Assembly (NCBI GenBank): GCA_016969615.1
Contig: GCA_016969615.1_4548.1
DNA: 38,485 nucleotides
Source: a phage
Reading direction: 5' to 3' (one strand)
Below are positions 10,391-18,101 of the stretch, piece after piece. The notes beneath the pieces were generated by a model. It was not told where the DNA came from and made no database searches. It saw only the letters and a program-made list of their open reading frames with translations. Positions within the stretch are counted from its first letter, which is position 1; every line of letters starts with the position of its first letter. A program made the translations under genes and the position numbers.

Positions 10391-10618
10391 TTAAATCATA
10401 CTCATTAGGACGTATCCCTCAGCGATGTCGCCAACGTCAGCAATGTGGACAACCTTACGTGCTACCTGTTGTCCAGTATATCCGTTGTCCCACTCGTTCA
10501 GGATAAGCCAGTCGCCAACCTTAAAGTCCCGGTCGTTAAGTCTCAGCTCTGCTGTCTTTAGACCTAGTTGTACTGGACCAAAGTGCTGGCGGTGAATCTT
10601 CAGGTTGTGACTAGCCAT
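10391..10618 (-). CDS. Small ASCH/PUA-like (DUF3850-like) protein
   Basis: 75 aa; pattern HNLKIH..HF..V..GLKTAELRLNDRDFKVGDWLIL.EWD...YTG recalled as the DUF3850/ASCH signature; ATG overlaps gp11 stop (TAATG); no counterpart between genes 11 and 12 in T7. Confidence 0.6.
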   Translation of the reverse strand: MASHNLKIHRQHFGPVQLGLKTAELRLNDRDFKVGDWLILNEWDNGYTGQQVARKVVHIADVGDIAEGYVLMSMI

Positions 10619-11184
10619 TAGTCCCTCCCGATGTCTGACATCATGTTGTATCGACCAGTGTCCATCTCGTACTCCATCACCTGCTGGTAGAGTTCTGCTT
10701 CCTGCTCACGAAGATACAGTTCAGACTCTTGGCTACCGAAGAACTTAGCATTGAACTCACGGCTGGCCTTGGTAACGATGTAGTCCCTGAATACCACAGG
10801 CATCTCAGAGAACGGTTTCATCTCGACAAGCTCTACCGTTATAGGGTCGGTGAAAGTGGTTGACTGAGTGGACAGGTCGTACAGGTATCCACCCATGTTG
10901 CTGTAGTAGCTGGTGGCCCCGGCAGTCATTACACGAAGGTATGACGGCAGGAATCGAATCCTGTTGTCTTGGACGTCAGGTGTCAGGACAGCAGCTTCAT
11001 TAATGTTAAAGTTCCATCCTTTAGCTTGGACCTGACGATTGACACGATGCAGGATACGTTGAGCGTTCGAGACGTCAGCGTTACCTTCGTCAAGCTGTAG
11101 GACTGCTGGTTCACCGATAGCAGCTAACATATCGTTGATGGCATCTAAGTCATCGTTAGCATTCAGTGGAATGTATTGAGCCAT
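10618..11184 (-). CDS. gp11: Tail tubular protein A
   Basis: 188 aa; motifs shared with T7 gp11 (AIGEPAV, RQVQAKGWNFNI, FRDYIVTKASREFNAKFFG, MEYEMD); RBS TAAGGAG. Confidence 0.9.
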   Translation of the reverse strand: MAQYIPLNANDDLDAINDMLAAIGEPAVLQLDEGNADVSNAQRILHRVNRQVQAKGWNFNINEAAVLTPDVQDNRIRFLPSYLRVMTAGATSYYSNMGGYLYDLSTQSTTFTDPITVELVEMKPFSEMPVVFRDYIVTKASREFNAKFFGSQESELYLREQEAELYQQVMEYEMDTGRYNMMSDIGRD

Positions 11185-11196
11185 AGGTTTTACTCC

Positions 11197-11286
11197 TTAA
11201 CGGTCATAGGCACTAGACGGTGAGCTGGACAGCAGGTACGCCCAGAATAAGACGAATAGTGCTAACCCTGTGTAAATAAGGACCAT
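11197..11286 (-). CDS. Candidate 29-aa hydrophobic micro-protein between T-phi and gene 11
   Basis: AGGAGG then 4 nt then ATG; MVLIYTGLALFVLFWAYLLSSSPSSAYDR; stop TAA lies inside the gene 11 RBS; below the ORF-track length cutoff. Confidence 0.35.
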   Translation of the reverse strand: MVLIYTGLALFVLFWAYLLSSSPSSAYDR

Positions 11287-11300
11287 AGTCCCTCCTTAAG

Positions 11301-11340
11301 CAAAAAACCCCTCAAGCACCCGAAGGCACCCAAGGGGTTT
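11301..11340 (-). terminator. T-phi-like intrinsic terminator after the capsid gene
   Basis: minus RNA AACCCCUUGGGUGCC-UUCG-GGUGCUUGAGGGGUU followed by UUUUUUG; same place and style as T7 T-phi. Confidence 0.8.
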
Positions 11341-11343
11341 CAA

Positions 11344-11502
11344 TTAGTTTGTGGATTCAGCCAGTTTAGCGGCCCTGTTCGCAGCACGAGTCCGCGCAGC
11401 TTTCTGTTGCGGAGTTAGGGTCTCCACTTCAGGTGCAGCCGCCAGTGTAGCGACGATAGGTTGGCTAAAAGCTGTTACGCTCCCGCCGCTGCGCTGAAAA
11501 CC
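11344..11502 (-). CDS. gp10B: Putative -1 frameshift extension giving minor capsid protein 10B
   Basis: GGTTTTC at 11496..11502 in 0-frame as CTG GTT TTC, 7 codons before the 10A stop; -1 frame is open 49 codons to TAA at 11344..11346, just before the terminator; mirrors T7 10A/10B. Confidence 0.55.
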   Translation of the reverse strand, partial: GFQRSGGSVTAFSQPIVATLAAAPEVETLTPQQKAARTRAANRAAKLAESTN

Positions 11503-12524
11503 AGAGCACCAGCAGCTTCTGGACGCAGACCACCGTGACCCATTGCGTACTTACCAACAATCAGGTCGCCCTGAGCATCGACGTCACGGTCACGTTCCAG
11601 CGCCAAGTCACGCAGCTTAACAGTACCCACAGCAGAACGGTGAGAGAACAGACCCACAACGTTGTCCAGAGCAACCTTAACGGTAGAGCTGGAAGTAGCT
11701 GGGAATGCGTGTTTCTGACCAGAAGCAATGGTAATACCATCGTCACCACGAGTCTCACCAGCGCCGCCCTGAGTCAGGTGTGGAACCTCAACCACAACGA
11801 AGCCCATTACGTTACGGATGTTGCCCGTCTCAGGGTCAATCAGCGCAGCGTAGTTGGCAGCGTTAGGCATCAGAGCAGCCAGAATCGCAGAGTAGTTATC
11901 TGGGGTGGTGTAGAAGTAGCGGTCGCCAGCAGGCACGTAGTTGGAGGTCAGCTTCGCACGAGCGATGGTCAGTTGACCGATGATCGCTTCACCCAGTTTA
12001 GCCGGGGTGTTCAGGTCAGCTTTCGTACCAACTTCCAGTACGGAGGCGGTTCCTAGACCAGCAATGTTCTCGTTGGATGCAGCCGGAAGGTTACACAGGA
12101 TAGCCATTTCAGCTAAAACCGCACCATCGGCAGCGATAGCCAGAGCTTCACCTAGCTGGTTGGAATACTCACCAGCCACGTCATAGTGGTTCATCGCGTC
12201 TTCAATATCGAAAATCATCACATCGGCAGTCAGCAGACCATCAATGGTAATCACTTTCTCGGTATGTTTGATACCTTTACGCTTATCGGACAGTCGCTCA
12301 CCGGGAGCCAGATACACACCAGAGGTGCGACCCATGACCGGGAACTGAGCAGACTTACCGTTCTGAATGGTACGGACAATATGCTTGTCAGCCGTTACAG
12401 AGCGGCGAGTGAATGCGGTCAGGACTTCACCAGCAAAGACCTTCAGGAACAACGCCAGAGCGTCGGAATTAGACTTGCCTTTACCTTGGTCTGTACCAAT
12501 TTTCTGACCCGGAACGTTTGCCAT
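11475..12524 (-). CDS. gp10: Major capsid protein (10A)
   Basis: 349 aa; extensive identity to T7 gp10A (ALFLKVF.GEVLTAF, ITIDGLLTADV, MPNAANYAALIDPE, KYAMGHGGLRPEAAGA); preceded by promoter with GGGAGACC leader. Confidence 0.95.
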   Translation of the reverse strand: MANVPGQKIGTDQGKGKSNSDALALFLKVFAGEVLTAFTRRSVTADKHIVRTIQNGKSAQFPVMGRTSGVYLAPGERLSDKRKGIKHTEKVITIDGLLTADVMIFDIEDAMNHYDVAGEYSNQLGEALAIAADGAVLAEMAILCNLPAASNENIAGLGTASVLEVGTKADLNTPAKLGEAIIGQLTIARAKLTSNYVPAGDRYFYTTPDNYSAILAALMPNAANYAALIDPETGNIRNVMGFVVVEVPHLTQGGAGETRGDDGITIASGQKHAFPATSSSTVKVALDNVVGLFSHRSAVGTVKLRDLALERDRDVDAQGDLIVGKYAMGHGGLRPEAAGALVFSAAAGA

Positions 12525-12630
12525 ATGATAATTCTCCTATTCAATTGAAATATAAAGTTTATTACTTACTGTACGCCCAATCCGTATGGACTGAAGTAAT
12601 AGGGAAACCTTGAGTCTGTATCTTGGTCTC

Positions 12631-12648
12631 CCTATAGTGATAGTTTAG
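12631..12648 (-). promoter_or_regulatory. Phage RNA polymerase promoter core upstream of gene 10
   Basis: minus CTAAACTATCACTATAGGGAGACC; transcript start can fold GGGAGACC...GGUUUCCC like the T7 phi10 leader. Confidence 0.85.
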
Positions 12649-12650
12649 TC

Positions 12651-13535
12651 CTACAGGCTCGATGCAGCTACCTTAGCGCGAACTTCCATCGTGTACTTAG
12701 CGTCACGCAGGTATCGCGGGTCACTCATAGCCTTAATCATGTCAGCCTTAGAGCTGAATGCTTCGGTCTTAGGAGCCTTAGGTGCTACCACAGGTTTAGC
12801 CTGAGTGGTGATGGTACGCTGAGGTTTAACTCCTACAGCTTTACCAAGTGTCTTTCCAGCAAGATTCAGCAGAGCTTTGGTAGTCGCAATGTCCTTACGA
12901 ACGATAGCAGCTTCCAGTGCTTCACGAGTTGACGGGTCGGTTGACTCAAGGTGGGACAGGATTCGATTAAACTGTTCAGCTCCACCAGCGTAGCGAACCA
13001 CGCCAGCAGCATATTGTTCAGCCAGAGCTTCCTGACCACGGACAAACGAATCTACGAAACGCTTGGTGTAACCTGCTTCCTGCAACTTAGCGTAGGATGC
13101 GTCAGACAGCTTACCGTCCTTGGCGTATTCAGCCTTGATAGCGGTAATTTCATCAGCAGTGACCTTGCCAGCTTCCACAGCAGAAGACACCATGTCGTCG
13201 AATGCAGCTTCGTTTTCATCCAGCGCGGTGACACTTTCAGTCAGCTCTTTCGGTGCATCACCCAGTTCGATGAACTCAGGCTGCTCACCATCGGTCTCAG
13301 ACTCTTCGTCATCGGACTCGTGGTCTTCTTCACCTTCAGTCTCTTCGACGTTCTCGTCTTCTTCGGTAGCCTCTTCGTTTTCGGCTTCCAGTTGCTTGAA
13401 GGTAATAGCGTCGTCGCCATCACGAACAGCTACGTCCTGTTCAAGCATAGACTTTTGGTGTTCGTTCAGGTCCTCAACGGAACCAGTGATTGCATTAGAG
13501 CTAACGCCGAACTCGGCATAAACTGATTGAGACAT
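12651..13535 (-). CDS. gp9: Capsid assembly (scaffolding) protein
   Basis: acidic protein; C-terminal KAMSDPRYLRDAKY and SYAKLQEAGYTKRFVDSFVRGQEALAEQY match T7 gp9; likely start ATG 13535 after AAAGGAGAA (track ORF begins at upstream GTG 13574). Confidence 0.88.
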   Translation of the reverse strand: MSQSVYAEFGVSSNAITGSVEDLNEHQKSMLEQDVAVRDGDDAITFKQLEAENEEATEEDENVEETEGEEDHESDDEESETDGEQPEFIELGDAPKELTESVTALDENEAAFDDMVSSAVEAGKVTADEITAIKAEYAKDGKLSDASYAKLQEAGYTKRFVDSFVRGQEALAEQYAAGVVRYAGGAEQFNRILSHLESTDPSTREALEAAIVRKDIATTKALLNLAGKTLGKAVGVKPQRTITTQAKPVVAPKAPKTEAFSSKADMIKAMSDPRYLRDAKYTMEVRAKVAASSL

Positions 13536-13565
13536 TGAGTCGTTCTCCTTTAAGTCGTTAATAGG

Positions 13566-13659
13566 TAGAGCCACTCAAAGTGGGACCTGTAGGATGACTG
13601 AGGCTCAATACCCACGGTCATTGTTTGCGCTACAGTAAGTCCCACTTTGAGTGGCTCTA
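13566..13659 (-). repeat. Long near-perfect inverted repeat in the gene 9 leader
   Basis: tagagccactcaaagtgggac (13566..13586) is the exact reverse complement of gtcccactttgagtggctcta (13639..13659); a 6-bp extension follows a 3-nt bulge. Confidence 0.7.
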
Positions 13660-13665
13660 ATTGTT

Positions 13666-13683
13666 CCTATAGTGATAGTTTAG
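13666..13683 (-). promoter_or_regulatory. Phage RNA polymerase promoter core upstream of gene 9
   Basis: minus CTAAACTATCACTATAGGAACAA; overlaps gp8 stop. Confidence 0.85.
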
Positions 13684-15248
13684 GCTTGAGCCATGTCCTC
13701 ACCAGCTACTTGTCCAACAGTAGCGCCCATGTTAGCACCAGCAGCAGACGCACCGTTGACCACAGCTCCTTGAGCGGATTGTTCAGCCATACGTTGCAAC
13801 TTCTCGTCCTGAGTCAGCAGCAAACCAGCAGTGTCAATACCTAAGGCATTCAGCAGCCGCAGCTTCAGGGTCGGCAAGTTAATGTCTGGGTCCTGTTGCA
13901 GAGACTGTAGCCCGGTCATCATGTCTACTGCCTGAGTTAGCTTCTCTAAGTCCTGACCACGGCCCAGAGCTTCAAGACCAGTGGAGACAGTAGGCTCTAC
14001 CGCTTCTTTCGGAAGGTCAGGAATCATGCCAGCAGACTGAAGCTGGTTCATCAGCACACGGACGATAGGTAACTGAAGCTCTTGTGATTGTACTGAGTAC
14101 ACGCCACCTAAGGTCGCCTCCAGTTCGCCAGCAACATAACGAATCTCTTCAGCAGTGACCCGCTCGGCATTACGCTGAACAGCACTATTAAGAAGGAAGG
14201 CCCAGCCTAAACGTTGCTCGATAGCGTCAGCCACAGACTTAGCAATCGTAAAGTCCTGACCTTTCGTCAGTTGCAGGAAGTTGATGTCCTCAACGCGACC
14301 AGCCACGAACTCACCTGTAGCCGCCTTGTTCAGACGTCGAGGTTGCGTGATACCGTTCGGGTTAACGAGGCCAACCACCTTGGAGGCTACCTTAGCCATT
14401 TTGGTGATAGCTTCTGTAATCGTCTCCAGCGAGTTCAGGTCTCCCAGATACTCCTCGCAGTAAGAACGACCGTAGTCTTCACCATCCAGTCGAACCATTC
14501 GTACCGGGATGTATGGACATGCAGTCAGCGGGTAGGAACCATCGGTCCCTGTCACCTCAATGCCTTCCACTTCCTCGTAGCGCAGATACTCGTCGTCCTG
14601 ACGGTAGATGTGCGTATACACTTCAAGCTCGGTGTCAGGCTCATAGTCGTCTGCATTGAGTTGAGACTTCACGTCCTCCGGTAGAGCACTAAACGCTACC
14701 TTGTCGAGAGTCACAATCTGCAAGATGTTACCGAACGCATCACGTTGAACAACGTAAGACACTAAGCGGTACATGCGCATCGGACTGTAGGTTCCTTGTT
14801 CTGGTGGAGGGATGTAGAGCAGGCAGTTACCTGAGACGATAAGCTGCTTCAGCGCCTCGAACAATGGGACACGGAAACTGTTAGTCTCCATGTAGGCCAT
14901 CAACACACGCTCGACCATAGCCAGCCCTTCGTCAACACGAGCAGCCGCCTCTGAGTCCTGACTCAAGGTCTTTGCCTCATATTCGGAGACTGTCAGTCGC
15001 ATCCACGGTGACTGAGGGAATAACGCCAACATCAGCTTTGCAGCCAAGTTGTTCAAGCAGCGAGCACCTACAGCTTGCCACGGCGTCACGTATTCCGTAG
15101 AGGAGTTATCTGACTCCTTAGGAAATAGAGAGGGGATGGTCACGGCAGCACAGTTCTGAGCGCGTGTCTCATATGGCTGTCGTCCGTTCTTTAGTCTATC
15201 ATAAACTGCCTTCGCGCCTTCGGCAGCAAAGCCTTCACGTTCAGCCAT
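13680..15248 (-). CDS. gp8: Head-to-tail connector (portal) protein
   Basis: 522 aa; long identity to T7 gp8 (YETRAQNCA, IPSLFPK, YRLVSYVVQRDAFGN, GLVNPNGITQPRRL, ERVTAEEIRYVAGELE). Confidence 0.95.
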   Translation of the reverse strand: MAEREGFAAEGAKAVYDRLKNGRQPYETRAQNCAAVTIPSLFPKESDNSSTEYVTPWQAVGARCLNNLAAKLMLALFPQSPWMRLTVSEYEAKTLSQDSEAAARVDEGLAMVERVLMAYMETNSFRVPLFEALKQLIVSGNCLLYIPPPEQGTYSPMRMYRLVSYVVQRDAFGNILQIVTLDKVAFSALPEDVKSQLNADDYEPDTELEVYTHIYRQDDEYLRYEEVEGIEVTGTDGSYPLTACPYIPVRMVRLDGEDYGRSYCEEYLGDLNSLETITEAITKMAKVASKVVGLVNPNGITQPRRLNKAATGEFVAGRVEDINFLQLTKGQDFTIAKSVADAIEQRLGWAFLLNSAVQRNAERVTAEEIRYVAGELEATLGGVYSVQSQELQLPIVRVLMNQLQSAGMIPDLPKEAVEPTVSTGLEALGRGQDLEKLTQAVDMMTGLQSLQQDPDINLPTLKLRLLNALGIDTAGLLLTQDEKLQRMAEQSAQGAVVNGASAAGANMGATVGQVAGEDMAQA

Positions 15249-15259
15249 TCGTCACCTCC

Positions 15260-15508
15260 TTAAATAGAAATACCGCCACCAGAGGTGCGAGAGACCTGAA
15301 GGCTACGCTTACCAGAACGCTTCACTTTCTTCTCATCAGATGCGGTTGTTTCAGTATCCACATCCTCCACTTTGTCGTTAGGTACTTCCACTGGTGCTGC
15401 TGGGGTCTGAGCCTCAACAACCTTAGGCGCGTCATCAGAGCCAAGACCAACGGTCCCTAGCGTACTTTTCACCACTTTCTTGAAGGCCTTACTGATTGAT
15501 TTACCCAC
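15260..15508 (-). CDS. gp7.3: Small virion/tail assembly protein
   Basis: 82 aa; C-terminal SGKRSLQVSRTSGGGISI resembles T7 gp7.3 C-terminus; GTG start after TAAGGAG. Confidence 0.75.
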   Translation of the reverse strand: MGKSISKAFKKVVKSTLGTVGLGSDDAPKVVEAQTPAAPVEVPNDKVEDVDTETTASDEKKVKRSGKRSLQVSRTSGGGISI

Positions 15509-15905
15509 GATTAATCTCCTTAGTTGTTACGATGTCTACCGACCCGGAAACATGCTTGACACGAGAATACCAGCCAAGACCCCAACGCTTGCACTCTTCG
15601 TCTATGATGTGTCTGACAGTCTCAAGAACCTTGCGGGAGGACTGCGAGTCACGACGAATAGCGACGATTGAAAGGTCAAGACCTGGAGTCGGTCGATGCC
15701 AAGATGCGGTAGCCAGCATGTAGAGATACGCTACTGGCTGACCTGAGACATCGTAGATTGTGTACTCTTCACCGTCGAACTCGTCAGCCATACGGTAAGT
15801 ATGAGCCTTGAAGTCCTCGAATGACTTGAAGTTAGACTGCCCGTCTTCCCAGAGGCGACAAGCGCACATGTGGCGACCTTCGCGTGAGTTGAGATATGGG
15901 AGCAT
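15501..15905 (-). CDS. gp7: gp7-position protein (host-range/virion protein; positional call)
   Basis: 134 aa ORF between gp6.7 and gp7.3; size matches T7 gp7 (133 aa); sequence similarity not verified. Confidence 0.5.
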   Translation of the reverse strand: MLPYLNSREGRHMCACRLWEDGQSNFKSFEDFKAHTYRMADEFDGEEYTIYDVSGQPVAYLYMLATASWHRPTPGLDLSIVAIRRDSQSSRKVLETVRHIIDEECKRWGLGWYSRVKHVSGSVDIVTTKEINRG

Positions 15906-15909
15906 TGTC

Positions 15910-16134
15910 TTACCCCATGTTTACGCCAGAGGCCCGCATAGCGCGACTCACTGACGATTTATCTTTAGGTGCAGACTCCTTCTTAACCTTAAGGTCTTTG
16001 ATACCTTTGGTCTCATTGGTGTCCACATCCGATTCAGCCCCGATGTCAACTGACGCAACTTCCTCACTCAGAGGTGCTGGTTCAGGTGCTTGGACCGAAG
16101 GCTTCGGAGTGCTAATCTTTGGACTGAAACACAT
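15910..16134 (-). CDS. gp6.7: Small ejected virion protein
   Basis: 74 aa; MCFSPKISTPK...PEPAPL resembles T7 gp6.7 N-terminus; RBS GGAGGG. Confidence 0.75.
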   Translation of the reverse strand: MCFSPKISTPKPSVQAPEPAPLSEEVASVDIGAESDVDTNETKGIKDLKVKKESAPKDKSSVSRAMRASGVNMG

Positions 16135-16148
16135 AGTCCCTCCTACAG

Positions 16149-16421
16149 TTAATCGAACTGAACGGTATCTTTCAGCTCACGACGCATAGCAATCGCAGAG
16201 TCGAGAGTGTCAGAACAATACTGGAGACCCTTGATGAACCCGGCAATGAACGCATCGCTGTAGCCTTGCTGCTTGAGGAGACTGATAGCTCCCGTCTTCT
16301 CAGCGTAGCTTGCGTTGAACAATACGTGCAGGAACTGGATGGCAGACTGGGAGATGTTCGGGACATCAAGTCTTTCTTCCTGTAATTGCTTAACAACGTT
16401 TTCAATAGCATTAAGCGCCAT
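16149..16421 (-). CDS. gp6.5-position hypothetical protein
   Basis: 90 aa; first ORF after a phage promoter; RBS AAAGAGGAGA; positional assignment only. Confidence 0.5.
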   Translation of the reverse strand: MALNAIENVVKQLQEERLDVPNISQSAIQFLHVLFNASYAEKTGAISLLKQQGYSDAFIAGFIKGLQYCSDTLDSAIAMRRELKDTVQFD

Positions 16422-16486
16422 CTTGAATCTCCTCTTTAAGTTAAGACTAAAGTCTATCTTATAGTCATATCTTAGGTCCTAAAGTC

Positions 16487-16504
16487 CCTATAGTGATAGT
16501 TTAG
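16487..16504 (-). promoter_or_regulatory. Phage RNA polymerase promoter core upstream of gene 6.5
   Basis: minus CTAAACTATCACTATAGGGAC. Confidence 0.85.
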
Positions 16505-16557
16505 TGTTTCACCTATGGATGACTGTTGGGTTGATAGGATATGACTATCGGTTAGAC

Positions 16558-16650
16558 TCAGTGTTTAGGACGGTTGTTCGACCCGAACCACTTATACATG
16601 CAGTAAAGGGCCAGAAGTCCGGCCCAGTAAATCACATGGATGGTGTCCAT
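16558..16650 (-). CDS. Candidate 30-aa membrane micro-protein (gene 6.3 position)
   Basis: AAGGAGG then 7 nt then ATG; MDTIHVIYWAGLLALYCMYKWFGSNNRPKH; overlaps the last codons of gp6. Confidence 0.35.
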   Translation of the reverse strand: MDTIHVIYWAGLLALYCMYKWFGSNNRPKH

Positions 16651-17501
16651 AGGATGACCTCCTTGGACTTAGGGTCGTAGTCGGAGGCTCTGCAAATACG
16701 AGCGACCTGAGCTTGGACCAGAAGTTCCTCCTCGGTCATCCCAGCTTTAGCAGCCAGAGTCACCATGCAGTCCCACAGCGTCATATCGTCACGCTTTGGA
16801 TACTTCTTCCACTCAGTCTTAATCTGGCCTTTGTTCTTACCAGTCTTAAGCTCACGGCTCTCCTGCACGAAGTAGTACGGCTCGTCAAGGAACGCACGAG
16901 TGGTATCCTCACCCATCCCCGGAATGCCACCGTAGCCATCTGTAGTGTCACCCTTGATGGTTTGCTCCATGTGCCAGTAGTCCGCCTCAGCAGTCGTATG
17001 ACTCAGGATTTCACCAGTGGTTAACCAGAAGAACTCACAGTTCGGGATGGTCTTGAAGTCCTTATCACATGACACCAGCACAGCATGGTCACAACCAACA
17101 ATCTGAGGTCGGGTCCCGATGATACCCATACAGTCATCACCCTCAAGCGTAGGACGGAGGAAGCTGTTGAACCGTGGGTCAGCCATCACTTCGGCTACGA
17201 ACTTCTTGTAACCTACAGGCTTGCGAGAACCTTTACGGTTAGCCTTATAGGTAGGCAGAACGTCCTTACGCCAGTTGTAATCGTCGGTGAAACACATCAC
17301 AATCTTAGCGTCTTTCCACGCCTTGCGCTTCTTAACGATTTCAGAGATGGTGTTCTCAAGTATACGATGAGCCTTCTCGTGGTCGCAGATAAGGGTCCAG
17401 ATGTCATCACCCCAGTCTGTCTCATCCTCGGCAGCAGCCATAGAAGAATAGACCAGATAGTCGCCATCCAGCACCAGAGCAATCTTCTTATTCGAAGTCA
17501 T
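16632..17501 (-). CDS. gp6: 5'-3' exonuclease
   Basis: motifs shared with T7 gp6 (CDHEKA..ILE, KANRK, KPVGY, LEGDD.MG, SCDKDFKTIPNC, TIKGD.TDGY.GI.G, WDC...AKAGMTEE); likely start ATG 17501 after AAGGAGG (track ORF begins at GTG 17582). Confidence 0.9.
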   Translation of the reverse strand: MTSNKKIALVLDGDYLVYSSMAAAEDETDWGDDIWTLICDHEKAHRILENTISEIVKKRKAWKDAKIVMCFTDDYNWRKDVLPTYKANRKGSRKPVGYKKFVAEVMADPRFNSFLRPTLEGDDCMGIIGTRPQIVGCDHAVLVSCDKDFKTIPNCEFFWLTTGEILSHTTAEADYWHMEQTIKGDTTDGYGGIPGMGEDTTRAFLDEPYYFVQESRELKTGKNKGQIKTEWKKYPKRDDMTLWDCMVTLAAKAGMTEEELLVQAQVARICRASDYDPKSKEVILWTPSM

Positions 17502-17626
17502 TCTTTCACCTCCTTGTTGCATTTGAGACACCACCAGTATGAGCTGCCAGCATATCCCTCCAACATAGGATGTTGTCCACACTTTTTACACTTTAACCTA
17601 GATGCAAATAAACCTTTCAGGCTCAT
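17498..17626 (-). CDS. Small zinc-ribbon protein (gene 5.9 position)
   Basis: 42 aa MSLKGLFASRLKCKKCGQHPMLEGYAGSSYWWCLKCNKEVKE with CxxC...CxxC; ATGA overlaps with gp5.7 stop and gp6 start; does not resemble T7 gp5.9 as I recall it. Confidence 0.5.
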   Translation of the reverse strand: MSLKGLFASRLKCKKCGQHPMLEGYAGSSYWWCLKCNKEVKE

Positions 17627-17832
17627 AGACAGCCTCCGTGTTGGTTCAGGAACTTGGTGCCAGCAGCGGTAATCTCCCACGCACCGTTGTTACGCCCATC
17701 CATAGACAGGCAGCTTAGATGTCCACGACTCGCAGCCTCAGCCACAAGTGCAGCGTTGTTGCGCACATAGTTGGACTGGAAGGTCTTCGGGCAGGACTTA
17801 AGTGCCGCTAGGACCCGTAAGTATTCACTCAT
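17623..17832 (-). CDS. gp5.7: gp5.7-like small protein
   Basis: 69 aa; MSEYLRVLAALKSCPKTFQSNYVRNNAALVAEAASRGHLSCL...GRNNGAWEITAAGTKFL matches my recollection of T7 gp5.7; ATGA overlap with gp5.5 stop. Confidence 0.75.
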   Translation of the reverse strand: MSEYLRVLAALKSCPKTFQSNYVRNNAALVAEAASRGHLSCLSMDGRNNGAWEITAAGTKFLNQHGGCL

Positions 17833-18101
17833 TGCTTGAACCTCGCGCTGATATTGTAGACCCCTTGCAACTCGTCTTTCAGTTGGGACGCCAGAATAGA
17901 CTTCAGGTGCAGCTCAATGGCAGCTTCGACCCCATGCTCTACAGCAGTCTCTACCAGCTTCCGTGCCATACCATCCAGCTTCTCACCGGAGACATAACAC
18001 TTGGTCAGCTTCACCAGCTCAATAGCGTATGACTCTACGTCCTCAGACGTAAAGACGATCTTCATGTCAAACTTACAGGTAAGGCGTTTAGTAATAGCCA
18101 T
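17829..18101 (-). CDS. gp5.5: gp5.5-like protein
   Basis: ATG at 18101 overlaps gp5 stop (TAATG) after GGAAGGAG; MAITKRLTCKFDMKIVF resembles T7 gp5.5 N-terminus; track ORF begins at upstream alternative start. Confidence 0.6.
   Translation of the reverse strand: MAITKRLTCKFDMKIVFTSEDVESYAIELVKLTKCYVSGEKLDGMARKLVETAVEHGVEAAIELHLKSILASQLKDELQGVYNISARFKQ

Noticed and set aside
11535-12056. 173-aa plus-strand ORF opposite the capsid gene
   Set aside because: Antisense to the most highly conserved gene in the window
13536-13574. Upstream extensions of track ORFs beginning at GTG/TTG (for example gp9 from 13574, gp6 from 17582, gp5.5 from 18119, gp18.7 from 36869)
   Set aside because: Downstream ATG codons with proper RBS spacing and overlap with the preceding stop fit the T7 homolog N-termini better; the longer forms are probably artefacts of longest-ORF calling
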